Positions 21,239 through 34,524 of a stretch of 55,134 nucleotides of DNA are shown here, in pieces; positions within the stretch are counted from its first letter, which is position 1; each line of letters begins with the position of its first letter. Location: NCBI GenBank assembly GCA_013115125.1, contig JABANN010000188.1, positions 1 through 55,134 on the forward strand, given 5' to 3'. Source of the stretch: Perkinsus olseni. Taxonomy: Eukaryota. A model generated the notes under the pieces. It did no database searches and was not told the DNA's origin. It was given only the letters and a program-made list of their open reading frames with translations. Made by a program: the position numbers and the translations under genes.

Positions 21239-22738
21239 ATGTCCAAACGCCTTCCTCGCGCGCTGGACCACACTGGGCCATCGTCGGATTCCCATCGGGA
21301 ATGTGCGGGTGCGCGCTTACGAGGCTGCTCCTTGTCCTCTATTATGAGGGATCGTTCTTTCCTTCGTGATGCTGAGAGTCATAAAGATGCATACGACGAG
21401 TCAGTACCAGTCAGATCTCTCGAATTTTTCTTTAGCCATTCCTGGTCGGCTGATGGCTTTTCGAAACAGATGGCTCTTTTTATTTGTTGTAGCAGTTCTA
21501 CGTATAAGGTGATGTTTTTTTCATCTTTGATCGGAGCTTATTTATTTCATGGCCGTGGTCCCTCCGGGGCTCACACTCGGCTGATGGTGTTCTTTTTCGG
21601 CTTTGCATCATTTCTAGTCAGCCTGTTTATTATACCATTACTCAAGCATCGCAAAACCATGGTATTTCTCGATAAATGTTGTATACCGCAGAATGACCCT
21701 GTTGCCAAGGCCTACGGTATATCAATGCTCGCCGATTATCTCCGCGCTTCGAAGAAACTAGTTATACTGTGGTCCCCTAATTATCTCGACCGTCTGTGGT
21801 GCGTCTACGAGTTGGCCGTCTTTCTGCGAACACACGGTAAAGAAGACGTTATCTTGGTCAACCTGGACCATTTTAAGCTCTGTGTGTCACTCATGCTTCT
21901 GCAGTTTCTGAGTGTCCCCGTACTCAGTCTTGCGGAAGAACACATCTCAGGGCGAATAGTATACGCGGGGTATGCTTTAGGTGCTGCTACAAGTTTCCTC
22001 ATTGGTCGGAGAGCCTTCTGTTCGAGCGATGAATGGCAAGGATTCTGTTCGAAGGTCAAGTCGTTCAGCGTTCACCGAGCTAAGTGCTCAACTTTAGCAG
22101 ACCGCAACACTCTCAGGAAGCTCATAACCGATATGTACGGTTCAGAGACCAAGTTCGCCGCTGTAGTGAGGGCCATCTGGTTGGGTGAAGGCGAAGAGAA
22201 GCATTACCCAGCTTGGCTGTTCTCTATGGCGACGCTGCGAATCCTCTGTGCGCCTTACGTCCCTCTCATCGTTGCGAGTACTGTACATGCTATCGCTCGC
22301 AGAACTCGTGGAGTTAGCGTGGCCCTTATACCGGTGTACCGTCCAGGAGTGATCCCCGAACCTTTGCCGGGCAGAGTTCATACAACCCTGTGGGATATAC
22401 GGACCTCGATCGTACCACTCATAATGATGTCCTTCCGCGCTCCGGTCATGTTGATCGTAGTCCACAAACTCACAACTAGTTCGACGTTCAGGAAATTTGG
22501 CAAGTGGTGTCTGAGTGTAACTTTCTCTCTGACCTTCGCGGCGTACAATTGTTCAACTCAGCTTATATGCGGCTTGCAAATCTTCTACCATCCACTCCGC
22601 ATGGCTCCGATAGCCAGGTCGGTGGACGAGGTGCTCTTCTGGCTGGGCGGAATCATTGCTGTGGGCGTTGTCTTTTCAATTTTACGACGCTCGTATGCAT
22701 CTGAGCTACTTATTGATTTATCTAAACCGTCCCACTAA
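21239..22738 (+). CDS. Intronless 499-aa polytopic membrane protein with a TIR-like (TIR_2-type) domain
   Basis: FFFSHSW, VFLDKCCIPQ and LVILWSPNYLDRLWCVYELAVF occur in TIR order, with multiple hydrophobic helices. An in-frame TAA directly precedes the ATG. Confidence 0.75.
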   Translation: MSKRLPRALDHTGPSSDSHRECAGARLRGCSLSSIMRDRSFLRDAESHKDAYDESVPVRSLEFFFSHSWSADGFSKQMALFICCSSSTYKVMFFSSLIGAYLFHGRGPSGAHTRLMVFFFGFASFLVSLFIIPLLKHRKTMVFLDKCCIPQNDPVAKAYGISMLADYLRASKKLVILWSPNYLDRLWCVYELAVFLRTHGKEDVILVNLDHFKLCVSLMLLQFLSVPVLSLAEEHISGRIVYAGYALGAATSFLIGRRAFCSSDEWQGFCSKVKSFSVHRAKCSTLADRNTLRKLITDMYGSETKFAAVVRAIWLGEGEEKHYPAWLFSMATLRILCAPYVPLIVASTVHAIARRTRGVSVALIPVYRPGVIPEPLPGRVHTTLWDIRTSIVPLIMMSFRAPVMLIVVHKLTTSSTFRKFGKWCLSVTFSLTFAAYNCSTQLICGLQIFYHPLRMAPIARSVDEVLFWLGGIIAVGVVFSILRRSYASELLIDLSKPSH

Positions 22739-24028
22739 TAGCAAACTTATTCTTCCTTCACACCCTCTTTTCTCCCTCAGAGTAGAGTCGCGTTTATAGA
22801 GTTCGTAGAATGACCCAGTTCGCCTTTAGCGCGCCGCTTCTAACAGGGCCAAGAAGCGCTTCAAATCAGATGTACGATACCGACGAATGTGGGCACTTTA
22901 TTTATGGGAGCCGAGCACTCGGAAGTTGATGCCCGCCTCATCTCGAACAAGGAAATGGCTGCGATCTGCCAGTACACTGGCCACTCAATTCCCAAGGGAC
23001 ACATTGAAATCAGATTATAAGCATCTCATTGGTCATTCGCTACGTCTATGCACAAGAGGGCGAACGTCCACTCTGCATATTCTTCACGACTTCGCGACAA
23101 AAACTACAAGACTCTCGTCAGCCTTGCACACGGAGGAGACGACATAGACACTGTTGTTCGTGGAGCTCATGAAAAGGAACCCAGACCGATACAAGATGCT
23201 CGAAATATGTAGCTCGAGAGAGTGAGCAAAGCTTCCAGAAGCTGTTGAAGGAAGTGTACCGCGAAATAATGGGAAGCAGACGACTGGGGCTTTTCGACTG
23301 AGAGATATTAGCGAGTTGTGCGGCTGCTGACGCTCCCGTATAAATGTACGAGATAAATAATGATAACAACAAGGAGATTGCAATCGTAGTCTAAAAATAT
23401 ATTCACGTGCACAGTTCGAGTGGGAGTTATAGAGATCAGTAGACAACGATGATTAGCAGGTGATGGGTATAGATATTAGAGCCTCAGTGCGGCAGTGTTA
23501 GTACGATACGAAAAGATAAGTATATTTCTAGTTGATTAACACGCGATGAAACAGGGAGCAAGAGACTGTTCACCCGCGACACAGATATTAGCAACCCCTC
23601 AAGATGATGGCGACTTCGACTTCCTCATTATGATTAATAAAAGCATTGGCGGAAGACTGGATTCGGTTGAGGAGCGAGATTGTTGGATAGAAGCATCTGC
23701 TGCTGCTCCTCAGTCACCACAGCCGCCTCTGCAACAGGGGTTGGAACGATATCGATAATAATAACGGGCGATCTCATCTCATTAGGGTTGTACTGGTGGA
23801 GGTGCATCTGCTACTACTGAAGCATCATTTGAGATTGGTCGGCTTTTGCGATACCTGAAAGAAACACTCCTATCACTCTACTACATATATCCATAAAAAA
23901 CGAATAACGCACAGTCTTGGCAAGCTTGAAGCAACTGCCAGCATGCAGTAGCCACTGCTCCAAACGAAACTTTTCGCGCTAGTAAGACAACTCTTTACCC
24001 AGCGGGAGTTCTCAGTGATGGTGCTACC

Positions 24029-27000
24029 TCAGCAGTTAACTTTCCGATCATTGCTGAGCCCAAGAACTCGCGTGACGGCTGGTGGGCTAACCCGCTCATC
24101 GGGCTCGATGAACATAACTTCCGGGCTGAAAGTCACTGACAAAAAATCAACATTCTCGTCCCATTGGCATCGCCGTTTGGCGAAGAGAGGTGCCCATCTT
24201 TCATAGGCCTACCTGTAGCCTTCCGCTGGATACTGGGGCGAGATGATGGCACGTTCGCGGGGGTGAATACTGACTTGAGCGAGGACCGACTTCGGATACT
24301 CGGAGTGCCCGCAGTAGTGCCTGAGTTTGAGACGCGCAGCCGGCAACGGTTAGTTATCTACCACATACTGGCTTCGAAATCAGAGCTATCAACCGTCTTT
24401 GTGAAGCTCTGTAGAAGACCCATTACGGGAAGCCGAGGCTTAGCCAGCGACGCTGAGTAGGCAGCACAACTCGATGCCACTATCGCCTCCACCTGGGATG
24501 AAAATCAGGCGAACAATGAAACAGTGGATGCTTACATCGGATACAGCGAACTGCGGCGAGGACGGTGTGTGGGTCAATAGACCTCCACTACACCTCATCC
24601 TGTGTACTAGAGCGGCTGTCTCCTTGTACAGTGGCCTGATAGAAGCTGAAATCTGCGATGAATTTGTCAATGACAAGGGTGACCTCAGGATATGTATATC
24701 CTTAGAGGGAGATGTCACCAACATATGCGGGAGAATCTTCCAGTAGAAGCTGTCGTATCGGCAATTCTCCGATCCGTCCTGCGCAGCGGAAAGAATATCC
24801 GAACGCTGGCAGACTTAGATTTTTACACTATCAGCCTGACTGACAAAGCGCGACTCGGAGTCGATATACCGGTAACTGGAAGGGAACCGGGATCGACCTA
24901 AGATACACCAATACGCTCCTTACGCCAGTTCGGCTCGTCTGCGAGGACTCTCCCGTCTGCTGTCACAGTCAAGGGCGGCTAGTACATGCAGCACCAGTCT
25001 AGAAGAGCGAGACAGACCTGACCAAAGCACGAACAAGAAGAGAAGGAATTCCTGCTCGAAGTGTCCAAGATCGATTGGACGATGGACTCACCCATGTAGT
25101 ATCTCGAGCCCAGCACTTCCCTAGCGGCCTCACCGCTCGTCAGTGCTTCTTCCTTCAGTCGGTCGTTGCTTGTAGTGTCGCTACCACTACCTCGTGGTAG
25201 TGGCTGAAAGGGCTCCATAGCAGCCTGAGAATACCAGAGGTAACTTCATCACTGCACAGTGGCCCTTCTCCCCACCAGACGATCGTCCTCGCAGCACTGG
25301 CCCAACAACCACGGGTGTCGACGAGCCTGCTCGGCAGTCATACGCTTCTGAGGATTAGCGTTGAGCAGGCTCGTGATGAAGGAGCCAAACACTGGGCAGT
25401 AGCCCACAGACGGCCCCTCGTCTCCTACGATCTTCCCATCGCACCTGAGGAGGAGGAACGAACCGCAGTGATTAGACAAACACCGGTCGCGAACAGACCT
25501 ACTCGCCAGCACTGGAGTCGCTTCTCGAGCGGGCAGAATCAGGCACGTCACCAGGACACGTGAGGATGGTCGGGTCAGCCTTGAGCAACAGCTCGAGAGT
25601 CCTGCCATTCATCTCGTACGATCTATGAGACTCCGGCGAGCCCTTCTTCTGGGAGAGGATCTGATATCCTCGATAACGCGAGGGGCCCAGCTGTCCAATT
25701 TACATTATGTATGTTCCTGTGGCGAGGGCCAGTCGTCATGAGCAGCGCGATGATACCAGCGCTCCACATGTCCGACGCACAGCTAGCATCACCTCGGAAC
25801 ACCTCAGGCGCAACGTACGGGTACCTGAGAGACAACAGTGGTAGCAGCAGTATCGGGCAGGGTAGTCTTGCAGTTCCCGGAGTACGTTCCGCACACTCGA
25901 CTCCGTAGCTCTCCGTGAGATCGTGTGGCGAATCCAAAATCGATGAGTTTTAGGCAGCAGTTTGAGTCAATGATGAAGTGCTCCAGCTTGACATCTCGGT
26001 GCATTATATTCAAACGATGCCTGAACAACCACGGCTGGACAGCTCCAAGAAAGGACTACAGCAAAGACTCACAAGTAGGCGAGAGCGTCGATAATCTGAC
26101 TAAGAACGATGCGGGCTTCACTACGCCTGAGGGTGCCTAAATATCGGAACGTACACGAGTATCGCAAGAGAGGAGACGGTTCACGTCGACGGATAGCCAG
26201 CCATTCGCAGAGGTCTTTGCCTTGGATGTACTCCATGACGAGCCACAACTTGGAGCTGGTCTCATAGACAGCGTGGAGCTTACATACTGAGGGGTGGTCA
26301 GTCGATAGGAGCACTGACGCCTCGTGAGCTGCAAGATTCAATACACCTGACCGTAATACGCTCACAAGACGACGCGGTGGGACCACTGACGACCATCACC
26401 TTTGTCCGCCAGTCGACGTTTGTCAAGCAGCTTAATCGCATACTTGAGCCCCGATGCACGATGATAGCCAACCACAACTGATCCAGAGAATCTGCGGAGG
26501 GGACTGCACTACTAGACGAGGCAAGCAGTTACTCTTACCCGCTGCCAATGGCGCTCTCGAGCCGGTAGTCCTGGCTGATATGACGGTGTATGATCTTGCT
26601 ACTCAATACCTGATCATAACAGCCCTATCGAGGAGCTAGAAGCAAGAAAAAACATCCTCGACAAGACCCCTCCTGACTCAGAAGTGGAGGAAATCCTCAG
26701 GAGTCCAGAGGAAGGCCTCCACTCAGCATTCTAATCACATTCTGGGTCGCATGACGCGCCAAGAACTGCCTCTGGAAGGTCCTCACCTTGTCCTCTGGAT
26801 TGGGACTCTTGACGATATAACGAGCCCCAGCACTGCTACTGCTGCTACTAGTGCTCGGGGGGATCCTTGGACGTGCATCATTACTGCGAGCAGACCTCGT
26901 AGAAGCCGTCATTGCAGTACCAGCGGAGAGACCAGTCGAGCCAAAGTACTTTCTCGGACGACTTGGACGACGACACACAGGCGGGGGCTGAGGTGAGATA

Positions 27001-27134
27001 GAGGGGCTCTTGCGCAGAAACACGGAATGTGATGATTCACCTACCGCTGGGCCGGGCCTGTCCTTCGGTGGAGCTTGTCGAGTACAGCCGAGGACGCCGC
27101 ATCCGATAATGGCATCAATGATAGCGTCAAACAT
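24029..27134 (-). CDS. Multi-exon Ser/Thr protein kinase, CAMK/CDPK-like group, with a C-terminal extension; 3' end approximate
   Basis: Spliced exons give IGSG|FSGSV...YAIKLL, HPSVCKLH..YE, LVMEYIQGKDL, HRDVKLEH, LIDFG, YVAPE and DMWSAG. Further - strand exon/intron pattern continues to about 24030. Confidence 0.85.
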
Positions 27135-27323
27135 TTGTCAACAAAACGGTTCGAGGGAAGCAAAAACAAAAATATTCCTGCATGCAAAGCTCTCCAATGC
27201 CGCTGGTAACGTCAATACAACAACAGGATGAAGGAAAGCATCACTAAGTATCGTATCATGCACTGCCCCTACTACTGTACCTACTCCTCAGCTCACACCG
27301 CCACCACAGTCAGCACACGAGGC

Positions 27324-30300
27324 TCACGGTGCGCTCTGCTGCTGCTGCTGCTCTTGCGTTGTTTCACTAATGGGTGAGAGTTGATTCCTCAGCTCTGAAT
27401 CAGCCTTTGAGTTCACTCTAGGGGTGAACTTGGGCGCTACACCAGTAATTCGTTGCTCCATCATCTAATGGAACGCCATTATCATCATCACCCCACGACC
27501 CTCATTCCTCACCTGAGACTTCAGTCTCTGTTTAGCTGCATTTTGAACGTCGGACATGAGCCCGCCATGATGATGATGATGATGGCTAGAGCTGCTTCCA
27601 AGGCTCGTAGGCCGGGTACCACTGGCCGAGGTAGAGTGACGACCAGATCGGCTCGAACCTCGAAGATCTGCACTGGACTGAGTCCAGCGAGCAGTCCTAC
27701 CAGCGAGAGTCCGCCGATGTGAATGATAAACAGGCAGCGCGCCGCCTGAGCCAATTACAGGCGGAACCTAAGAACTTGAGTATCTAGTGCTCGAGGGTCG
27801 TCGGGAAAGATACCCTCTCCCTACCCGTTGACCAGCGAACTGGCCGTGAGCAGCATTGCCACCATGGCTGCTCCATCGAGACCTGGTCGCACCCCCGGTG
27901 CTCCGCGATGGCGGCTGATCATCACTGTCGCTCGACCGAGTAGTCCGTCTATTTTCGAATAAACGCGGGGACTCTTGTCCCAGCACAGTCGCCGGCCTGA
28001 AATCACTCTTCCCGGCTTCATAACATATCCTGTCGGGCGATACTTCTTGAGTGCTGCCGTGCCTCTCGAGACCGATAGAGCGAGAGGCGGTATGTCTGGC
28101 CGGGAGGAGCCGGTCGAGGACACGCTGCTCTGACCTGAGGCACCAGCATAATACAAGCGTAGTACGGGATACTGAGAGATCGGAACTGATAATATAAAAT
28201 TCTACTACCGCTCCTAACGAAGACAGTCAGTAAAATCTGACACGTCTGGCCGGAGGGTGAGCACCAATGGAACCTAACGAGCCTCTAGTCGCCTGAGGCT
28301 TCTTATGACCGCGCGCCACCAAAATACTCGTTCGCTTCCTAGGGGCTCCGGAAGGTGCCAAGGGAGGTCGTCCCCGATCGCTTGCAGCAGACCCCGCCGA
28401 CTCGATACTGCTTCGACGACCACATACGGAAGACGCCATCGACGATACCGGTGAGACTGAGGGGACTCATCACCTTCTGAACTCACATTGGAGCACTTAT
28501 TACATCGTCCTGAGGCCAGGTCCTCCTCTTCGCTATCAGGTAGAATGCTTTCTTCAAGCTGCGGATTCTTCCTTTTCAGTATCTACAGTGAACGTGATCG
28601 AGAGCCCCATCGAATTTCCCGAGGGACTCACTCGTGCAACTGAATTGGTCATACTCTTTCTGGACTCCAGCCGCCTTCTTAGCCTCTCAGCCTCCCGGGA
28701 TTCAGAGCCGTGCCTAAGTTCGGCCGATAGAAGACGGCGACAGGGATCACTACTGACTTCGATGTCTGCCGCTTATTGGAGCTGCTGTTGCTACTCATAG
28801 GGGGAGGGCGGAAGTCTTGCGAGCCCGACACTGAAGAGAAGCAACCCACCGTGATGAGAAACATTGAGGTCTCCGGTGCTAGCATGCAGCCTCCCCGAAC
28901 ACCCGCCCGGAACGAACCTTACTAGCTCGAAGACTCGGTCGGCCAGTTGGGGGCTTGGCAGCGGCACTACCGACGCTTGACCGAGGTGAGGAAGCGCTGA
29001 AGGGAAATAAGCGGGTAGCCGCCAGCCTCCCTTGAAACTACGCGATCGTGGCTGAGCCGCTCGGGAACAATCAGAGAGGCAGAGACTAAGAGTCCTCAGT
29101 GTCACCGATAACTACTACCTCGACTTCGCCGTGTAGAAGGTCTCGCCGCTGGGCGACTCAGTTGGACTCTCCCGTAGCTTCGCTGAACAGAAACATCGTA
29201 GGTCCTCGGCCCGGCGTCGAACCACGACTAGTAGACCAGAGTTGCGTAGACAACGGGACAGAGCACACAACAGAGGAGACCTGCCAACCTCACCCATCGA
29301 CACGATGCTCCTCATCGACCTCTTCCGGGATACGCGGGATCGCCGTTCTGAAGGAGAGCACGGCAGTACGGCTAGCGAGGGAGGGGCCCGGCTCACCTTT
29401 GGTAGACTTGACAGATCGAGTGCTGCGAGCTGATGACACTGAGACTGTCGACTGATCCAACTCGGACATGCTACTGCCATCCACGGACTCATTCTCTGTT
29501 ACTATCTGGACAGTGTAGGGCCGTCCGTTGAGAGCGGCGGAGCCTCCACCCACAGAAAGGGGCCTTTCTCGAAGGGCTTCGCGGATCTTGTTGGTCGGAC
29601 GTGGTACAGTCTCAGTATCAGCACCAACCCTATCAAAAGACTCGACAGAGGAGGCATCGGGCTCTCCGGCAGGGGCTAGTAGCAGGGCTGGTATCGCTGG
29701 CGGGCACGGCGACAAATCGGGAACCTTCGCACGAAACTCCGCCCTACTCAACTGAAACTCCATCCTATTCTATAACTCACCGAGAATGCCCCAGTCGCCG
29801 CGGGTCCGGCATCCGTTGTCTCCTGACTCGGAGGGCTGGGCGGCGGGCTGTTCAGGTGGGAGAAGCTCGGGAAACCGGGGAGCTGACCATCCCGCAGTGC
29901 GTTATCCTCAAGCACCTGCAGGATACGCTGCCGGTACAAGTCGAAAGTCGTTGAACACCCCGCACCTTCTCTGGCTCTGCAACAGGCGCGTTGACGCTAA
30001 TATTCTCCTTCTCTCGAGGGAACCCTGGGAACCGTGTGATAGGATTGGCATTAGGCAATGGCTGACACAACGACCAGTGTTCCCTTATAGAGGCCAGCAG
30101 TACCACCTTCGAGGCCACACCGTCAGAGACAATTGTACTCGGAGTAGAGGGAGCGATGGTCGGGGTGATGCATAGAGGACTGGACAGCTGACCCCGTTCA
30201 ACCGTGCTCTCCAAGTCGGTCGGGGTAGGGTACTGCTCTCGGAACTGCTCCCGGAGCTTCAACTTCTGTATCTGCTGAGCACTACTTGGCAAGCACAATA

Positions 30301-33300
30301 ACGTTCGAGCCCCAAAGGAACTTACGTCCAGCTCTACTTTAGCGATCAGCTTGAGCATGTCGTGGCAGACCTCGAAGAGGTCTTTGGAGTCAGGCCCTCG
30401 CTCCTTTGGCGGTGGCCACACTGAGTCGTAGTCCACGAACGTCATGCACAGGTTACGGTAGCTGAAAGAAGACACCGGGCTACCGGGGAGGGGCTTCACC
30501 GCAATACGACCACAGAGGTGGTTGGAAGGACTTACGCTGGAAGTCCAGCGTAGTCTTCCATCGAAACAGCTCTCAGCTCTCAGTGACTTTTTGTTTTGAG
30601 TTTTCTGTCCGCTATAGAGCAATGATGGTCAACAGCTACTCTCTGTACTCCCTGTTTTCGGCCCCGTTTGAACAGTTAAAATGCACAAGTACAGCACTCA
30701 ACATACTACAGTATGACGAAAGGCGTGTACCAATCCCTCATCCCCATCCTCATCCGCAGTAGGAATCGCCCGACGGCCCTACCTGGCGTAGACGTTAAGG
30801 CCATAGTCGAACAGCCATTGGCTCTCGGCGATCTTATCCCGATAAAACTCGGCCAGGTGCGTGTGAAAAGTATCCAGAGGTCCATCCTCGTTCTAAAATA
30901 ACCAGCCAGCTCCCTCGGTACAAAGGAGACGCAGATGGTCAGCAAGGAGCCCATTACTTTATCCCAGTCACCATCCTGAGGTTTGGCCACGACCGATGTG
31001 AGCCTCCGTTTCTTCTCCCGTTCACGCTCTTTCTCCAAAGCATGCTCGATGTCGTGAAAGGAGTCTGTTAACTCTCGGACATCATCCACCGTGCGATAGG
31101 CCCTGCAGACTTCAATCGACTGCTCGACAACTCACCGCCCTCGGCCCACCTCAGCTCCGCTGCTCGCTCTATACACCGGGTGACGACCCTGTCGAGCAAC
31201 GCCTTGACATCCTCCTCAGCCATCAAGGCTATAACACAGTGGAGGCAGCTGACCTGACATCATCGAAGCTGGGCGGCGGGGGGCGGGTATGCACTTCACA
31301 ATGCCCTACCCGGGGATTTTCCGTGCACTTGAGCTCGTAAAACTTGCTGAAGGCGCCGAGCTGGAACATATCGATCTGAGACAGGGGCCACCGTGCTGAC
31401 CACCATGATCGCCCATGACAGTTCACTTGACGGCCGCCCGGGTGCAGGGCGTTAGCGAAGTTGACGCAGAGTTGGAGGACCAGGGCGAACTTGTCGAGCT
31501 GAGAAAATGGAGCATTAGGGGTCCACAGTCCAGGGCTTTCACTGCAGCTCATACCAACTCATACATAACTTCCAGGGCCCGATACATCGTAGTCAGGTTA
31601 ACCTCGATCGCTCGGAACTCCTCCTCGAAGCCGCTCAGGAAAATCATTAGTTGCAGCCGATGACGAATGTCCGGTATTTTGCGCAAGTGGTACCTGGCAA
31701 GCTCGACTAGGGCCAAGTATCCTAACCATACTTAGTGCTACACGAAGAGGTCAACTTCGTCGCGGCAGGCGCCGGGAGGATCGTGATCGACCGCGTCCAT
31801 AACTGCCTGGGTGAGCTCGGGTGGCAGCTACAGCACAGACAGAATGTCCCTGTTGGAAGAGAGAGAAGTCCCTCACATCTCGAAGCAGACTTTCCACCGG
31901 GCCCAGCTGGTCTTCCTGCCACACCGAATCGTCGCAGCGCAGAAGAAGATTTCGGTAACTGCCGTGCGAGTTGTGCTGCACTAGCGAAGCGTGGACGTTA
32001 CTGTTCGCTGCGACTCTTGACCTTGGCGTCCGCTGGTGGAGGCTCCATCTGCATGAACACCTTCTGCGCCACGATACCCACCAGTCGATGCTCCTTCGTC
32101 CCGAATACCGTCAAAGGCTTACTCGGAGTTCCAAGAAGATCTACGATTGGTGCGGTATTGATTTCCCCTCTCTACTCGCAAGACCTACTCTCGAGCTCTT
32201 TGCCAGTAGCAGCAGCCTTTTGGTTCAAATCCCTGATGACTTCCTTCTTCTTGAACAGCTTCGTCAAGAACTTGGAGTCCACCTGAGCAAGAGACGCCTC
32301 CCGACACGAGCGGCCGTCCGACCAGCCTCACCCTTTTCCATATCCTCTGGGCACCCACTTGGCGCGATATGATACAGTCAGGGGGCATCACCGGCAGCAG
32401 CGACTTCGTGCCTGCCCAACACGGTCCGTAGAAGGGAAAATAAACAAGGACTCGGAATGGACTTCCGACTGGACTCACTCTGCGAACCACCCATCCCCGG
32501 AGGTCGATCACAGCTGCCGAGGATCGGCACGCTAGAGTTCTTCGACATCGACGGCGGCCCGTTCATCACGATACTATGCTGAGGGATGCCGTCCGAGCAT
32601 ATCGATATATCCGTATGAGCCGGGAGTACTGAGAGGGTATCCAGAATGCTTGCCAGCCCCAATATGAAATGGACTACCGAGGCCGCTAGTGTCCACATCC
32701 GAGGCGCAGCTCCTGGGTGTACCGCATTCCGACATAGTGAAGTCCCGAGGACGACTGCCGTATCTGGATAGAGGTCGCACTAGAGATAAAAAAACCGATA
32801 GCCGTCAGGAGGGAAGTGCGGGTAATCCCTACAGGTCCATCGACCCGACAGTGGTTCCTGTCCACTCATTACACCAGGAACTTCTAGAGCCACCACTGTT
32901 GATCAGGAGAATGAGCATCACCTCGTGAAGTATTGCAATAGTGGCTCATCATGAGCATGCTCCAGCTGGGCTGCTTGAATGAAGGAGCTATCGCAGCTCA
33001 GTGGAGTATCCGTGCCCGAGTCCGTGCTGCCAGCGCCGCCACCTCTCGGTGTCGATACACTACCTGATGAGCAAGATGGAGAGTCAACACCAGCCGGCGC
33101 TGGAAATATTGATTATTCTCTACGGAATATTCTGCGTCGCAGCGATCGAGGACACCGTTGACTTGGACAGAGCAGCCACCGAGATCGGGACCACGGCGGA
33201 TGTGGACAATCTCAGAACCCACAGAAAGCCTACATGCAGTCGCCCTCTTCCCCTTAGCTTTGTTGATGTCCACCCCCTTAATATGCAACGCCACGTAGGG

Positions 33301-34524
33301 GCTGGGCTGTCTAGCCTTCGGAACGCCTTTAGGCCCACTCAAGTTCGTAGGCACTCGTGGCGGAGGCCCCTAAAGTACCGACTCAAAATACCGTCCCGAG
33401 GCCTCAGTCGACAGAAGTGGGGTACCTTAGGCCCTGGCAAGGGAGGCATTGCCTTCCCACTCGGCAGAGGAGGCGGAGACGCTTTGCCCGGGGGAGCCAG
33501 GTTCTGAGGCAGTCACTCGCTTGAAGCACCCTCAGCAGCATCCGCCGCTCACCATGAAAGTCGGTGGAGGGGACCCCTTCGCGGACGTCGGCGAGGACTT
33601 CGGCGGAGGGCATGTGAGAACCGGCGAGGTCTAAAGCACTCCTACAGACCCACCCAGTTGAGGAGCTCCTCACCTTAGGTGGAGGAGGCGGTAGTGCCTT
33701 AGCCGACTTCGGCCCCGCAGGTGCCTTCCCCGCTAGACCCAGCTTACCCAGAGGCAAGGGCGGAATCCCCTTCGGAGTAACAGGAGGCGACCCCTGCCAT
33801 GCAGCAGTTCTCGAGAGCCCTCCAACTATCCATGGTCACCTTGGCAGACGACGGAGGAGAGGGCAGTGTCGGCGGTGGTGAGCTCGCCGCTGGTGGGGAA
33901 GTGTTCACACCGATCGTGCAGGTATCGACGCCAGGCTGCTGGTGGTGAGGCTTCCGAGGCGTTGGAGCAATGGCCCTGAGCTCTGCTGGAGGTGAGGGCA
34001 TCCCAGGGTATCGACCCGGGGTATCAGGAAGGCAGCCACCTGAGGTAACGGGCACGGCGCCTTCAATAGGGCGCGCATGTAGCGGGCCTGGGTGCCGATG
34101 GTAAAAATGGCTCGACCGTAGCTCCACTGTCACCTTGCTGTTTTCGACAACCCCTGCGCGTTGACACAAGTTGGAAGATGGATTAACCACCCAGAGACAC
34201 CTTGAACGTGATGCCATGAACTCACTGGTATTGAGACCATCACCAGCTGCTCTCCGATTCAGCTTGGCCGGCGTCCGAGCCTTCCGTCGTGCTTCATTAA
34301 CCTACAGCACAGTGAGGCCAACGCATCTCACAAAGACCTACAAATCCTCTCAGGGTCCTCAGCTCCTCATTCTTATCCTTCAGCTCATCCTTTATGGCTT
34401 CATACTGCCGCCTCAACGTCGCCAGCTCAGCCACCACCGTCATCGATGCCGGGCTGCCCTCCGGAGTACCAGCCGGCAAGGGAGGCGTGCCGCCTTCCGC
34501 TGTTTCGCCTCCGGGAGATGCCAT
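27324..34524 (-). CDS. Multi-exon formin-like protein (N-terminal coiled coil, Pro-rich FH1, divergent FH2, long Ser/Arg-rich tail); could be more than one gene
   Basis: Pro-rich segments (SPPPTLPSPP, ALPPPPPK) at 33670-33900. FH2-like helices at 31300-31720: RHRLQLMIFLSGFEEEF, KFALVLQLCVNFANALH and FQLGAFSKFYELKC. Last exon ends ...QEQQQQQSAP* at 27324. ATG (MASPGGE) at 34524. Confidence 0.65.

Noticed and set aside
22740-24000. Small ORFs (23084-23446 -, 23546-23758 +) in the gap after the TIR-like gene
   Set aside because: No recognisable motifs or consistent exon chain. Treated as convergent intergenic or UTR DNA.
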